A stretch of DNA of 64,000 nt. It comes from a virus (taxonomy: Duplodnaviria; Caudoviricetes). Positions 48,619 to 60,800 of this stretch are shown one piece after another. A model generated the notes under the pieces. It was not told where the DNA came from. It saw only the letters and a list, made by a program, of their open reading frames with translations, and ran no database searches. Location: positions 44,872 through 108,871 of the IMG/VR virus record IMGVR_UViG_3300025653_000020. One strand, given 5' to 3'. The stretch's first letter is position 1. Each line of letters begins with the position of its first letter. The position numbers and the translations under genes are program-made.

Positions 48619-48977
48619 TGCTTAGCAGTCTCCAGAACACTGAGTACAAGTTCAAGAACTCCATTCTCACTGCCCTGAATTTTTAGGGAATCGTTTGTTT
48701 CTAATGCCAATCTGCCATCTGGAATCAGAACAGCACTGTCATTTGGTGGAACATGGAAATTATTGGCAAACTTATAATCCCCAGTATCAATGCTAGTATT
48801 TCTTGAATGAACTGCACTAACAGTATGAACTGTTGCTGAAGTTCCAATACCAATATTGGTCACTTGTGCCAAAATAATAATTGATGCAACACCGATAGGA
48901 CAGGTATAGATGCCAACCATATCGGTGGTGACACCTACCCTAATTGTTCGGAATTTATTAAGAGCTACTGCTGCCAT
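48615..48977 (-). CDS. Conserved small structural protein (120 aa)
   Basis: ALNKFRT...YTCPIGVASIIILAQVTN...SVLET. Confidence 0.7.
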   Translation of the reverse strand: MAAVALNKFRTIRVGVTTDMVGIYTCPIGVASIIILAQVTNIGIGTSATVHTVSAVHSRNTSIDTGDYKFANNFHVPPNDSAVLIPDGRLALETNDSLKIQGSENGVLELVLSVLETAKQ

Positions 48978-48979
48978 TT

Positions 48980-51900
48980 TTACTTACCTAATGCGATAAT
49001 GAGTGGAGTTACTGTATTTAACAAACTTTGATTAAATGCTCTACCTGTAACAGTTCCAGTCAATTGATTAACTGTTACACCATCACCAATCTTGAAGTTA
49101 CCTGCTTGGTCCGTACTTGTATATACGATCTCACCGCCATCAATCTTAACAACTTCATTCTCTTGAATAACAACACCGCCCAATGCTGGTTTTGCTCTAT
49201 TGATGTCATTACCAGCACCAACCCATTCGAATGAGTGTGAAGATGCAATTTGAAGACTCAATCTGGAGAAATAAACCGTAGTTCCCACACTAACTGTATT
49301 ATTTAGATTTGTGTTTAATATGATAGTTGAAATACCTGCAACTGGTTTTGTTGCACTCTCAATAGTATAATAAATTGGAGTCATAATTGAAGTTGCAGTA
49401 GCTCCAACACCTGGACCAGAGAAACTAATACTTGGTGGAGTTAAGTACTGTGTTCCAGTGCTAACTAGATCAACAGAAACAACTTTTCCATTTTCAACAG
49501 TGGCAATTGCTTCAGCAGTAATTCCATTCTGACCTATAGGATCAGTGAATGTAACCACTGGTGGATTATCTTCAACATATCCACTACCACCATCGGTAAC
49601 TTCTACTCTTTGAACTGTTGAATAAAGTTCTCCGAAGTAAATTGCCTGACCATCATAAGGTCTGTATGAACCAATTCCAGAAACGGTAATTTCTGCCTGC
49701 TCTGCAGCAGGAACATTTCCATCACTATTCAGAATCGTCTTTCCAGTATATCTGTAAATTGATTTACTTGTGTTATCACCAACACCAACTGATACAAGAC
49801 CTAATCTTCCAAATGAAGAGTTGGAGTTTGTAATATCGCACTGTCCACCAGTTGCAGTATAAATTGCAGTGTCATTACAAATGGTAAAGATAGAAACCAA
49901 CTGGCAGTATGCACCATTGGTAATTGAAACTCCAATACCACCTTGATTATATTGAGTGTATGAGTCAACACTCATTGCACCGGTAACACCAATATCATCC
50001 TTATCTCCAGGTTCTGCATTCACACCGTCAACAAGCATTCCAATACTCTTTGGAATGAAGTTTGTGCAGTTTCTTACATATGGTCCTTGTGTGATTGGTC
50101 CAACACCCTTGGAATATGGTGGATAAATTACACCACCACTATCATAAGTATGTGGAATTGTTGATGTTCCAACTCTTACAGCAAATGTATCTGAACCATC
50201 AGCATCTCCACCAGTAATAGATTCAACTCTAAATATAAATCCTTCATTTCCAGATGGGAACTCTTGAGTTGAAGGTGCTCCTCCAGAAGAGCAAGAGAAC
50301 GTTAAGTCTCTTAGAGTTACTAAATCACCAACCTTTACCTTAGCTCCAGGTGCAGTAATCGTTGTAATGCCAGTAGTTTCTTGATAAGATGCTGTTGAAA
50401 CTCCAATTGATCTATCTACAACAAATCCGCCAGTAAAATACGTATGTTCTAAAGTAGAAACTCCAACATTAATTACAAATGTTCCATCTGGATTAATTTT
50501 ATCAACATTAAAGTCATAACCAAATCTTCCTGATGGGAACTTTTGAGTTGAAGGTGCTCCTCCAGAAGAGCAAGAGAACGTTAAATCTCTTATTTCGATT
50601 AAATCTCCCTTCTTAACATTAAGACCTGGAGCACGAATTGTTGCCTTTCCACTCAAATTATCATATGATGCATCATCAACTAATGCAATTGTTGTGAAAC
50701 CAAATCCTGCATTTCCTGGATAAGTTGTACTGAATCCAGAGAAAGCTGCAAATCCATTTTGAACAATTGATGTTACAACTCCAATACAGGAGTGAATTGC
50801 GGAAACTACATTTTGGCAAGAAGCAACACTTTCATTAAATCCTGTTGCTGGGTCTGGTTGAATTCCTAAATCTTTAACTTGACTGAATTCATTTTGGAAA
50901 TTCTTAAGTTTTTGAATTGTTCCGCCACTATTATATACATGTGGAAGTGTTGATGCTACTCCAATAAATGTAAATGTATTAACACCAACTACAGATTGAA
51001 CTTGATAAACGGTTCCATAATCGGATTCTCTTGGGAATACTACCGGAACAAGTGGACTATATGCACAAGTCCATGCCAATCCAACAATCTTTGTTGGATC
51101 ATCCACTGACAATCCATGAGGTCCGTTAGTTGTAATTGTAGTAATTCCAGTTACATTATCATATTCTGCACCTAAAACATCAATTGGCAATTGAGTTGGA
51201 TCTGCAGCAAATCCACCCCAAGTTACATTATTAATAACAGATCTTGCAATTTTAAATGAGTGCTGAAGAGTTGCGACAGTTTGTGCTTGTTCTTCTGGAT
51301 TTTTGAGAATTCCTGGTAGTAAATTACCAGATTCATCATAATATGCTTTTCCTGAAGTAACAGATCTAGAATTTCCACCTCTTGTTATATCAAAACAAAC
51401 ACCTTTCCAAATATCTTTAATATCATCTGCACAATCCTTTGTATTTAAATTTACACCATAAATTGTGGTAATACCAGCAAGATTTGCATAATTATCGAGA
51501 ATACTTGTGATAGTCGAAGCAAGACTTACTGTTTTGAGTCTTACATCTGTACATCCACCACCAACAATTATTGGTGAATAACTGAAATCTTGAGTAAAGG
51601 AACTATATGTAGTAATTCCAGGTAAAGATGCATAATCAACGTTATCAATAACATTGGTTGCAATTCCAACAGCATAGTTGATTGCATCAATTGTTGCAAA
51701 TTTAATACTTACTGGAGTTGTGTATCCAGGAACTCCATTTCCGGCAGTTCCTGTAATATGAAGAAGATTTCCAGCATCATCATAATATGAAAGACCAGCA
51801 CCAATAGAATTTCTATTACTTCCTGCCTTAAGATCGTTTGATAAAGATCTTACAATATCTTTAATATCATCCTTACAACTCTGTTTGACATAATCATTGA

Positions 51901-54496
51901 TACTAACTCCTATTGGTGGAGAAATTGGTGGGATGAATCCGGCAGTTGTTAGTGCAAGACCAGTTGGATTTCCAAACTGATCTTTTGCATCATAATCTGG
52001 AGAATATAGATATCCAACAGTTTCTTCGGCAATGAAGTCTAGATTTAAATCTAAAGTTCTTGCAGCATCCTGTTCTCTATGAGTTCCAGCAAAACCACTA
52101 TATCCACTAGTCAAGAATCCAACAGATTCTCTTGCAATATAATCTAAATTATATCTAATTAATCTCGCAGCATCAAAATATCTTCCAGTTGAAACACCCA
52201 AAAGACGCTCAAACGAAACAATAGCAGCACCATCAGTCATATCTGGACCAATGAAACTTAAGTCGGTAATATGGCATCCATTATTAACAAAGAATAAATC
52301 CTGATTTGGGAACTTTGGAGTTACGACACAGTTTCTTAATTCAGTACCTTCAACAGAAACAGTTTTCTTAAGAAGAATTGGATTTTCTTCAACATAAACA
52401 CCAGGATAAACTTTAATTGTATCACCAAACAAAGCAGCTGCAGCAGCTGCTTTAATAGTTCTCTTTGGATAATTTTCTGCTAAACCAGTGTTATCATCAT
52501 TACCAGTTTGTGCAACATAAATTGTTTTTCCAATTGGACGATATGCATCAATTTTAACAACACCTTTTCCTGGTCCACTTGTTAAATCTTGTGTTCCAAA
52601 AACATCAACTCCAATTCCAGGAACAATTTGAGTTACGATTCCTACAAGAGTATCACCATTTCCAAAGTAATCATTTTCTACTGTCAGAGAAGATCCAATC
52701 GTAATTCTATCAGTAGTTGCGGTAGATACCACTGACTGGGTGGGTCTTATCTTTGCTTCACCAGTTATTGTGTTGGTCTCTAAAGCTATATTACCAATCT
52801 TTGCATCAATAGCAGCGGTTAGATTATAATCTTCTAAAACAGTAACACCAATACCAAGTCTTGAACCTAGAGGATAGTAGATTAAAGGTGCGCCATCATT
52901 ATCAACATAAGTTTTCTTGAAGGTGCTTATGCCGTCAGTCAAATCTGTTAGATTTAATGCGTAGAATGTATTAGCAACTGAAACTGGATTGATAAATGTT
53001 TTATCTGCAAAGGAACTAATTCCCAAAACACTAATGTCATAAGTTCCACTTAATGCAACACCAACTGTTGTAATTCCACCGCTTCCTTGACCAAGAACAA
53101 ACATATTGTCCGTAAAGTCAATATAACTAGAAATACCAGGACTTGCACCCTTTTCACTAACAGTAATTGTTGCACCATCAATTAGAATTAAATCATCATC
53201 AAATGTTGCTGCAACTTCTACAATATCTCCACCAGCAGCTGGTGATGTTAATGTAAGTCCAACACCAACTCCAGAACCATTTGTTGCAATATAATCGCTA
53301 CCTTCAATCAGTTTAATACCATTCAAGAAGACTTCTAGGTATAATGCAACTGGGTTTGTTCCAATACCTGCTCTTGGAGGGTCATTTAGAGTTTGTAAGT
53401 TATATCTGAATCCACCAAATTCGGTTTGTCCTGGAGTAGCAGTAAATACTTGCTTAGTCTTAAATACACCAAAGTCATACCATTCAACACCATTAGGTCC
53501 TTTGGATCTTAAATATTGACCAAAGTTTCCATATGATGGAACATCTAAAGGAGTTCCATCTCCAGTATCATATAACTTATTGACATATAATGAATCAGTA
53601 ACCGTTGCTATACCAATATCAGCACGATTAATATTTGCATATCCAATAGTAGCAACACCAACATTAAGGTCATCGATGATTGCTTGTATATCGACGTTAA
53701 TAGTATCAAATCTTGCATTTGTATAGGTAATTGCTGTACCAGCAATGTTTGTAACTATACCTGTTTGTGCATATAAGTTATCAAAATATCCTTCAACATA
53801 ATCTAATTTTAAACCACTAAGATCGTCAATTGTTCCTTTTCCGCCACCAGTTGAAGTTGTGATTGATAGATTCTGCTCAACCGTTAAATTCGTAATAAAA
53901 CCAGTAAAGGCTCTTAAATTTCCACCCTGACCTACAGTAAAATTGGTGGCAAGTCCAGAATTAATTGTTAAATTATCTATAAAACCACTATTATAATTTA
54001 ATCCTTCTCCTCTAAGGTCATCAATTACTGCATAAGCATTTGTGTTAATTCCATTACTAATATCTAACCTATCACTTATTGTTACAATCCCGGCTTGAAC
54101 TAGAGGGAATGAAGCAACTCCTGGACCTGCATTGATATTTTTAACAGTTAAAGTATCAATTCCAGCATTTATTGCAGTGAGATTAGTAATTGTACCAATA
54201 TTATAACTTACAGATTCACCAATCAGTGTTGTTAAATCTGCAAAATTGACATTAATCTCATCATTTGCAACATCAAGATTGCCTTGAATTGTAACATTAC
54301 CTCTGAAAAAAGCAACTGTTTGAGTTGAAACTCCTGTTGTTGCTGCAACTCCAGGTAGAGGAATTTCTCGAACATCTAAAAGATATTCTGGAATATCTGT
54401 TCCTATACCAATTTTGTTTGTTACTGGGTCAGCGTGTAACAGAATATCATTAACTTCAAGACCATTTTTAACGACGAAATTCTTATCGATGGCCAT
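48980..54496 (-). CDS. Large virion structural / tail-fibre protein (1838 aa)
   Basis: KNFVVKNGL N-terminus; beta-helix-like YVAQTGND...PKRTIKAA; YTSTDQAGNFKIG. Confidence 0.8.
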   Translation of the reverse strand: MAIDKNFVVKNGLEVNDILLHADPVTNKIGIGTDIPEYLLDVREIPLPGVAATTGVSTQTVAFFRGNVTIQGNLDVANDEINVNFADLTTLIGESVSYNIGTITNLTAINAGIDTLTVKNINAGPGVASFPLVQAGIVTISDRLDISNGINTNAYAVIDDLRGEGLNYNSGFIDNLTINSGLATNFTVGQGGNLRAFTGFITNLTVEQNLSITTSTGGGKGTIDDLSGLKLDYVEGYFDNLYAQTGIVTNIAGTAITYTNARFDTINVDIQAIIDDLNVGVATIGYANINRADIGIATVTDSLYVNKLYDTGDGTPLDVPSYGNFGQYLRSKGPNGVEWYDFGVFKTKQVFTATPGQTEFGGFRYNLQTLNDPPRAGIGTNPVALYLEVFLNGIKLIEGSDYIATNGSGVGVGLTLTSPAAGGDIVEVAATFDDDLILIDGATITVSEKGASPGISSYIDFTDNMFVLGQGSGGITTVGVALSGTYDISVLGISSFADKTFINPVSVANTFYALNLTDLTDGISTFKKTYVDNDGAPLIYYPLGSRLGIGVTVLEDYNLTAAIDAKIGNIALETNTITGEAKIRPTQSVVSTATTDRITIGSSLTVENDYFGNGDTLVGIVTQIVPGIGVDVFGTQDLTSGPGKGVVKIDAYRPIGKTIYVAQTGNDDNTGLAENYPKRTIKAAAAAALFGDTIKVYPGVYVEENPILLKKTVSVEGTELRNCVVTPKFPNQDLFFVNNGCHITDLSFIGPDMTDGAAIVSFERLLGVSTGRYFDAARLIRYNLDYIARESVGFLTSGYSGFAGTHREQDAARTLDLNLDFIAEETVGYLYSPDYDAKDQFGNPTGLALTTAGFIPPISPPIGVSINDYVKQSCKDDIKDIVRSLSNDLKAGSNRNSIGAGLSYYDDAGNLLHITGTAGNGVPGYTTPVSIKFATIDAINYAVGIATNVIDNVDYASLPGITTYSSFTQDFSYSPIIVGGGCTDVRLKTVSLASTITSILDNYANLAGITTIYGVNLNTKDCADDIKDIWKGVCFDITRGGNSRSVTSGKAYYDESGNLLPGILKNPEEQAQTVATLQHSFKIARSVINNVTWGGFAADPTQLPIDVLGAEYDNVTGITTITTNGPHGLSVDDPTKIVGLAWTCAYSPLVPVVFPRESDYGTVYQVQSVVGVNTFTFIGVASTLPHVYNSGGTIQKLKNFQNEFSQVKDLGIQPDPATGFNESVASCQNVVSAIHSCIGVVTSIVQNGFAAFSGFSTTYPGNAGFGFTTIALVDDASYDNLSGKATIRAPGLNVKKGDLIEIRDLTFSCSSGGAPSTQKFPSGRFGYDFNVDKINPDGTFVINVGVSTLEHTYFTGGFVVDRSIGVSTASYQETTGITTITAPGAKVKVGDLVTLRDLTFSCSSGGAPSTQEFPSGNEGFIFRVESITGGDADGSDTFAVRVGTSTIPHTYDSGGVIYPPYSKGVGPITQGPYVRNCTNFIPKSIGMLVDGVNAEPGDKDDIGVTGAMSVDSYTQYNQGGIGVSITNGAYCQLVSIFTICNDTAIYTATGGQCDITNSNSSFGRLGLVSVGVGDNTSKSIYRYTGKTILNSDGNVPAAEQAEITVSGIGSYRPYDGQAIYFGELYSTVQRVEVTDGGSGYVEDNPPVVTFTDPIGQNGITAEAIATVENGKVVSVDLVSTGTQYLTPPSISFSGPGVGATATSIMTPIYYTIESATKPVAGISTIILNTNLNNTVSVGTTVYFSRLSLQIASSHSFEWVGAGNDINRAKPALGGVVIQENEVVKIDGGEIVYTSTDQAGNFKIGDGVTVNQLTGTVTGRAFNQSLLNTVTPLIIALGK

Positions 54497-54534
54497 AGAA
54501 ACTCCCTATCCCTAACATCAATCCTTATTATTTG

Positions 54535-54542
54535 TATTTATA
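54535..54542 (-). promoter_or_regulatory. T4 late promoter TATAAATA
   Basis: Perfect consensus about 39 bp upstream of the 54496 start. Confidence 0.75.
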
Positions 54543-54558
54543 AAACTACCAAATGTGC

Positions 54559-57500
54559 TTAATATTGTATTTCATTGCAGGGACCAAAAAGAACTCCCGT
54601 GTTTTCTGGTCCTGGAGCTATTTGAGAATCTCTAGTGCTTGGAACTCCAATCAAATTACCATTGTACGATGCATTTCCTACAGTTAGAGATGATCTAGTC
54701 GAACTAAAATTGCTGGAATTAATAAAATCTTGAAAAATTGTAGCATTACTAGTCCCATCTACCGTAGAATTCGTAAAAATTGAGAATGATAGTATTCCAA
54801 TAAAATTAGCAAATTCAATTAGATTTGGATTTCTATTATACCCAGAACTAGAACTTGGAGTTCCAGAAGCATATGTCAGTGTTGTTGTATTATAAATTGC
54901 AAAACATAAAGTTACAATTTCTGTCCAAGTAATATCTCTAGGTAATCCACCTTGTGTTACCTGAGGGCGAGCGGCTCCACCAAAAGCATCAAATGCCCAA
55001 TCAGAATAATTACCTATTTGTGATACAATATTACTGTTTACTAAAAAGTCTGATGTAGTAGTAATTGTCCCATTGGCATTTTGATATTTAGAAGGTAAAT
55101 CATATCCATTTAATATTAATACAACTGTACCTGATATAGGATTAGTAATAGTTTTTTGTGAAAAAGTAGATGGTATGCAAGGATTTGCAGTTACGGTATA
55201 GTCAATACTTCCAACAATTGTTGGTGGAGCAGTTGTGGTAGATAAAGTTAAGGTTGTTTTATTTGATGCTTGAGTTCTGCTATTTGGGGGTGCAGTTTCG
55301 TCTAAGAACGTTGTTGGTGTTTGAGCCACTAAATTAAATTCATTATTATTTGAAAGAATTTTGGAGATGGATCCATCTCCAAATGCAAATCCAGGATCTC
55401 CACTAAGTTGTCCACTTAATTGTGCTGTTATATCGACAATTCTAACAAAATCCGAACTAACATCTGATGGTGGATCTGTCTTATTTGCAGTTTTTCCTGG
55501 CACTTGTGTAATTGATGATCCATCGGCAACGAGTTGAAACTCAGGACTAGTATCATCAAGTACAACTATGGTCGTGATTCCTGTTACATACTTTCTGCCT
55601 GATCCGATAGGCGGTATCTCTGGCAAACTAACATTATTTCCTGCAGCTGGATTTGTTTCAAACTGAATCACATATTCATAAGTACCTGCTGCTGTAGGTA
55701 CTGGAATAGAAGAGAATGACCCATTAAGAGGTGTTGGAGTTGGTGGTGACCAGGGAGTTGATATTGGAGGAATTTGATAAAATTGCAAGCAATTTACTGT
55801 AGTCCATTGCAATGTAATATTTCCATTACCTGCAATTAAATCTCCAGTACCAACTCTAGAAAGAGTCACTGTTGCATCAGCAGTATCTGCAGTTGTAGTT
55901 ATGTCCCAAGTCGCATTTTCAGTTTGATTTGGAGTTGTTGGGTTTGTTGCGTTTGAGATTGTTATGACTGGAGATACTGTTGTTGAAAAGTTTGGTGAAG
56001 ATCTAACAGATACTTCCAATATATCATTCGGATTGACGGACAATGAAGAAGTTTCAGTAATGGGAGATCCATTTCTTGAAATAAAAACAGATCTAGTAGA
56101 ACCACCGGGGGTTATAGATGCTGTCATATTACAATCAGGTTCAAATCCAGAAGCTATGAATGTAGATGTTAAATCTATTGAAGGTGTAACTCCAGTTTGT
56201 GCAGGAAATTGAACAGAAAAAGGGGTAATTGGTCCACAAGATCTTGCTACTGTTGTAACTTGCCAAGTAGAAGACTGTAAAAGTCCAGTCTGTGTTATAA
56301 ATCCATTTCCACTAGTAACATTAGCAGGGCTAAGATTTTGCGTATTTTCTCCCGTTACATGGAAATTGACATTAAAAGTTCCTACACCATTAAAATTATC
56401 TATATTTGGAGTGACCATTCTCAAAGTAATTTCGTCACCATTAGTAACCGGTTGTCCTAATACTGGAACTGGATCAGTATAATTTTTAACTATAGCACCT
56501 CCTCTAACAACTCTGAATTCTGGAGCAGGGGATATTTCTGGACTAAATGAACTAATATCTGCCGAAGCAAAAAATCCAGTAGTTATTCCTGAAAGTGTTA
56601 TTGTATTACTCTCCAGAGTTACTGCCCTATTTGCGGATGGATCTACTATAAAGTTAAATGGATCTGGTTGAGTATTATATGGCTGAGGTCTTGTTGTAAC
56701 CGTGTATGTTCCACTTTGAATGGTTGGAGATTCTCCGACAAGTAAAGTTACTGTTGCATCTGTAGAAAAAGTTGTTGCTGAATCAACTCTAACTTGAATC
56801 GTATCGTCCAAATATGCAAAAGTTGTATCGGTAAGAGGATCAATTCCATTAACGTTACTTTGCCAAAATTCAGAAGCTCCTGGATTGAATGGATCTGTAA
56901 AACGTAAGGTTCCATCAGATTTTCTAACTTCATATTCGGCAGAAGATGATGAAGTTGATTCAATAGCAATGGCAACTGCAGTATCATCTAAAAATGGATT
57001 CGGATCTAATGGTCCAGAGTCAATTCCAGCAATTGTAATTAAATTACTCAAATATTGCTGTGGTATTAGTGCTGTAGATATTCTGTTTGCTTGAGGTACT
57101 GGAGTAAAACTAAACGGATCGACTAAAGTTTTTGCAAGTCTTGTTTCAATTCCCCAATTTGTGTTAAATGTTCCTGGAAATGGAGGTTCTACTGTTACAC
57201 GATATGACTCTGCAGTATTAAATGTTGATGGAGTAGTTGTTGTAAGACCTATGGTATCACCATTTCTAATTGTAGTGATTCCACTTGAGAATGGACCATT
57301 TCCGTTTTTAAAGTAATCTGTACCAATCTCAATATTAAAGTCAAAATTTGGTTCAAGTCCACCGATAGTTACTGTATTACTAGTAGTCGTTATCCCCAAA
57401 TCTAAATCAATTTGGGGTATAAAACTGAATGAATCTGGAATATTATCAATTACTCTTGTAGTAATAGTCCATGTTCCAGTTCTTTTTCCAATTCTAACTG

Positions 57501-57843
57501 TAACAACATAAGTTTCACTAAAGTCTGCTTTATCTACTAAAGGTAATGCGTATGATATGACAATATTGTCATTATCCCTAACATAAACAATTGGATCAGA
57601 ATCTAAAGCACTAACAGGACTATTTCCATTAATACTTACCAATGCATTTGAATCATCAAGAGTAATTCTGGTTTTATAATTGAGTCCAGTTACAGTTAAT
57701 GATGCAGTAACTGTGGTGCCAGGATCTTGATTGACCAGATTTTGTGATGCTAAATTGGCATCGAAAGGAACTGGCCAATCATCCAAAGTTCCTCTGTAGG
57801 ATTGTTCTGATGAACCACCAAAAGAAGAAATAAGTGGACTCAT
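54559..57843 (-). CDS. Virion structural protein with repeated Ig-like modules (1094 aa)
   Basis: Repeats of PD.F.F...SN.ITI.G...NGD.I. Confidence 0.75.
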   Translation of the reverse strand: MSPLISSFGGSSEQSYRGTLDDWPVPFDANLASQNLVNQDPGTTVTASLTVTGLNYKTRITLDDSNALVSINGNSPVSALDSDPIVYVRDNDNIVISYALPLVDKADFSETYVVTVRIGKRTGTWTITTRVIDNIPDSFSFIPQIDLDLGITTTSNTVTIGGLEPNFDFNIEIGTDYFKNGNGPFSSGITTIRNGDTIGLTTTTPSTFNTAESYRVTVEPPFPGTFNTNWGIETRLAKTLVDPFSFTPVPQANRISTALIPQQYLSNLITIAGIDSGPLDPNPFLDDTAVAIAIESTSSSSAEYEVRKSDGTLRFTDPFNPGASEFWQSNVNGIDPLTDTTFAYLDDTIQVRVDSATTFSTDATVTLLVGESPTIQSGTYTVTTRPQPYNTQPDPFNFIVDPSANRAVTLESNTITLSGITTGFFASADISSFSPEISPAPEFRVVRGGAIVKNYTDPVPVLGQPVTNGDEITLRMVTPNIDNFNGVGTFNVNFHVTGENTQNLSPANVTSGNGFITQTGLLQSSTWQVTTVARSCGPITPFSVQFPAQTGVTPSIDLTSTFIASGFEPDCNMTASITPGGSTRSVFISRNGSPITETSSLSVNPNDILEVSVRSSPNFSTTVSPVITISNATNPTTPNQTENATWDITTTADTADATVTLSRVGTGDLIAGNGNITLQWTTVNCLQFYQIPPISTPWSPPTPTPLNGSFSSIPVPTAAGTYEYVIQFETNPAAGNNVSLPEIPPIGSGRKYVTGITTIVVLDDTSPEFQLVADGSSITQVPGKTANKTDPPSDVSSDFVRIVDITAQLSGQLSGDPGFAFGDGSISKILSNNNEFNLVAQTPTTFLDETAPPNSRTQASNKTTLTLSTTTAPPTIVGSIDYTVTANPCIPSTFSQKTITNPISGTVVLILNGYDLPSKYQNANGTITTTSDFLVNSNIVSQIGNYSDWAFDAFGGAARPQVTQGGLPRDITWTEIVTLCFAIYNTTTLTYASGTPSSSSGYNRNPNLIEFANFIGILSFSIFTNSTVDGTSNATIFQDFINSSNFSSTRSSLTVGNASYNGNLIGVPSTRDSQIAPGPENTGVLFGPCNEIQY

Positions 57844-57858
57844 TTTATCTAACCTCTA

Positions 57859-60800
57859 TTATAGTGAATATTGTGCTTGGGAATAAAGAACAGTGAACTG
57901 GTCTCCAGCTCCTCCAGTATTAGATTTTCTTATTATAACATATGTATAAACATCTAATCCATCGAGATTTCCTGAATTTATAGTTTCTCCACCATAATAA
58001 TATGGTTGAATTGGTGCCGCTCCACCAGGTTGTCCAATGGCAATAGAATTATTATAGTATGCTGCTGTTGCTCCTTGAGGAGCAATAATAGCAACCGTTA
58101 TAGTTTCTCCAACTTCCATAAAGTCAGTTAAATACAACTTAGTTGGAGTAAATTGCTCTCCAAAGAATTCAATTCCCCAATTAGAAGTGCTTTCCAGCAA
58201 GTAATAATAAACGTTATTATCTCCAAGATAAATTGGTATAGTTCCAGACGCTGAGTTGTTTATTATTGTTGCTTTTTCAATAATTTCAAAAACTTTAAGT
58301 GAACCATTAATAGCTACAGATCCTTCTGCATATAACGCAAACTCCGATTTGGCACTATTTGTATTAATTCCAACTTTAGTAATAGTATGAATACCAACAG
58401 CATCTTTAACCCAAATATCAGAAACGCCAGTTAATCCAGATCCGTCACCAACAATCCTTCCTCTAACAACCAAACCAACATTAGGATCACTATCCGGATC
58501 TGTTCCAATTCCAGCTCTTCCGTCAGAAGTTACTGTAAATTGATTTGAACCAGATCCAATTACTAATGGATCAGTACCAACATATCCAGGACTATTTACA
58601 ACAATCTGATCGAAGAATTCAACATCAGCATTATCCGATAGACTAATTCCACCAAATCTTGCCCATTTATTATCGGCAGTATAAACCCAACCAACATTTC
58701 CACCAACGTTGGGGAATGCATCAAAAACAATATCGCCAGGGTTTCCTTCCTGAGCAGGTGTGGACAAACCAACAGTAACTTTTCTTGAAATAGTTGCTTC
58801 GCCCTGAATTAAAATATTATTAACTTCAATTCCATTTGCTGAATTGGAACTTATTTTCTCATTAAAAATTACTGGTCCATTAAATTGTGAAATATTATCG
58901 GATTCTAATCCACCTTCAACAATTATTGACTTACTTACTGAAACTATGTCTGGAGTAATGTATTCAATTGCTTCGTTGAAGTTTGCTTCTCCAACCACTG
59001 ATGGGATTGGAGTTTCAAATGTTTCTCCTTTTCCTGTTGAAGAAATCTTCTTATTTCCAATATAGAAATCGCCATCATTATTCATTCCAGTGTAAATGAC
59101 AGCACCTGCACCAAATTGTGAGGATTGTGAAAGAAGTTCCTCTTTTGGAGATAACTCTCTATCCTGTCTTTCTGGGAATGCTGATGAGTAATTTCCTGGA
59201 CCAAATCCAAGATATTCAAATGTGTGTCCACCTGCCCTAATAATAGAATTTCTTCTAAATTCGATTGGGAAAACATTAATCCTTCTTACCAAATCAGTTG
59301 TTACATGATTTTGTGCAATAGTTCCTAAAACTGCTCTTTCAACTTCAATGTTATTTGATAAAACAGTTCCGACAATTCTAACTATTTCATTATTAATTAA
59401 TAAGAAATCTCCAATACTAAGATCATATTTATTATCAACGACTAAAGTTGTTGCTGTCAATAAAGCATCAACCGAAGTTGTTAAATTTGTTGAAAGATTT
59501 CCATAACTATAGACCATTCTTTCAAAAACATTTTCATTATCAATAGAACTGGTTCCTCCTCTAGAAGAAAGACCATCATAATTTAAGGTTAATGAACCTG
59601 TTGTTACTGCAGTTGTTTTAACTCCAACATTAACAGTAAATGATGTTTTTGTGGGAATACTTGAAATAAGTTTTTCTCCATTAAAGAAATCGTCATCAGC
59701 ACCAGAAATGACAACCTTATTATTTTTGTTAAGACCGTGTTTTGCTGGTGTAGTTGCATATGTTGCAATTCCAGTTGCTGAATCATACGCCAATCCTAAT
59801 GCAGGTATAGTTAATGATTTTCCTGTTAAAGTATAATAAGATGGAGAAAATTCTGTTAGTGCTACACCAGCAGAAACTGATGGATTGTTAATTGGAGAAA
59901 CTGATTGTGCACTGAAACTCTTTGATCCAGTAATTCCTGTTACTTTGTATACTCCATTATATTTTTTATAATTTTGATTAACTATTCCTTCAACTTTTAA
60001 ATTGTCTCCAATATTGTTATAGACTTCACTTACGGTAACAGTTCCTGTAACGTGCCCAGATATCGTTGCAATACCAACAACATTTAAAGTTTCTCCTGAA
60101 ATATATCCACTTCCACCATCAATAATATCAACATCCAAGAGAGAACCTGAAGCGTCAACAATAACTTTCGCAGAAGCTTCTGAACCAAATCCAGTAGTAC
60201 TTACTAATTGTGCATTGTAGAAAGTTTCCGATAATCCAATTCCAGTTCCATAATTTGAACCTGGAAGTCCTATCGTTACAGAAATTGCTCTGTTTAATCC
60301 ATGCTCAATATCTGTAAATACTGTATGGTTTGATGTTGGAACGCCTACAGCACCATTACTAACAATCTCAAAAATTGTATTTTGATTTTTACCAAAGTCT
60401 AAGACTGTTTTTTGAATAGTTTCTTTTGTAATACTATCTTCAGGATCACTTACAACAACTTTTCCTATGGGATTTGGAACAGCAAATGATTTTGCTGCCT
60501 TTGGATCTGAATTTGGATTATCTCTATTGAATCTTGGATAGAGATTTATAATTGGTTGACTTATATTTAAAGAATCGTATGGAGAAACTGAAGGTGAATT
60601 TGAAGAATTTGTAACAGTTAAGTGGTATATACCATCCTGCTGCCCTTTAATATAAGTTTGTATTTCTTCAGACTCATAAATCGAATAAATTTCACTATAT
60701 CTCTTTTTAGAGAATCTTGGAAGACTTCTATCTCTTCTTGATACGTTATTTTGGAAAGAACCGGGATTACTTGAGAGAACATATTTAAAAGTTCTTCTTG

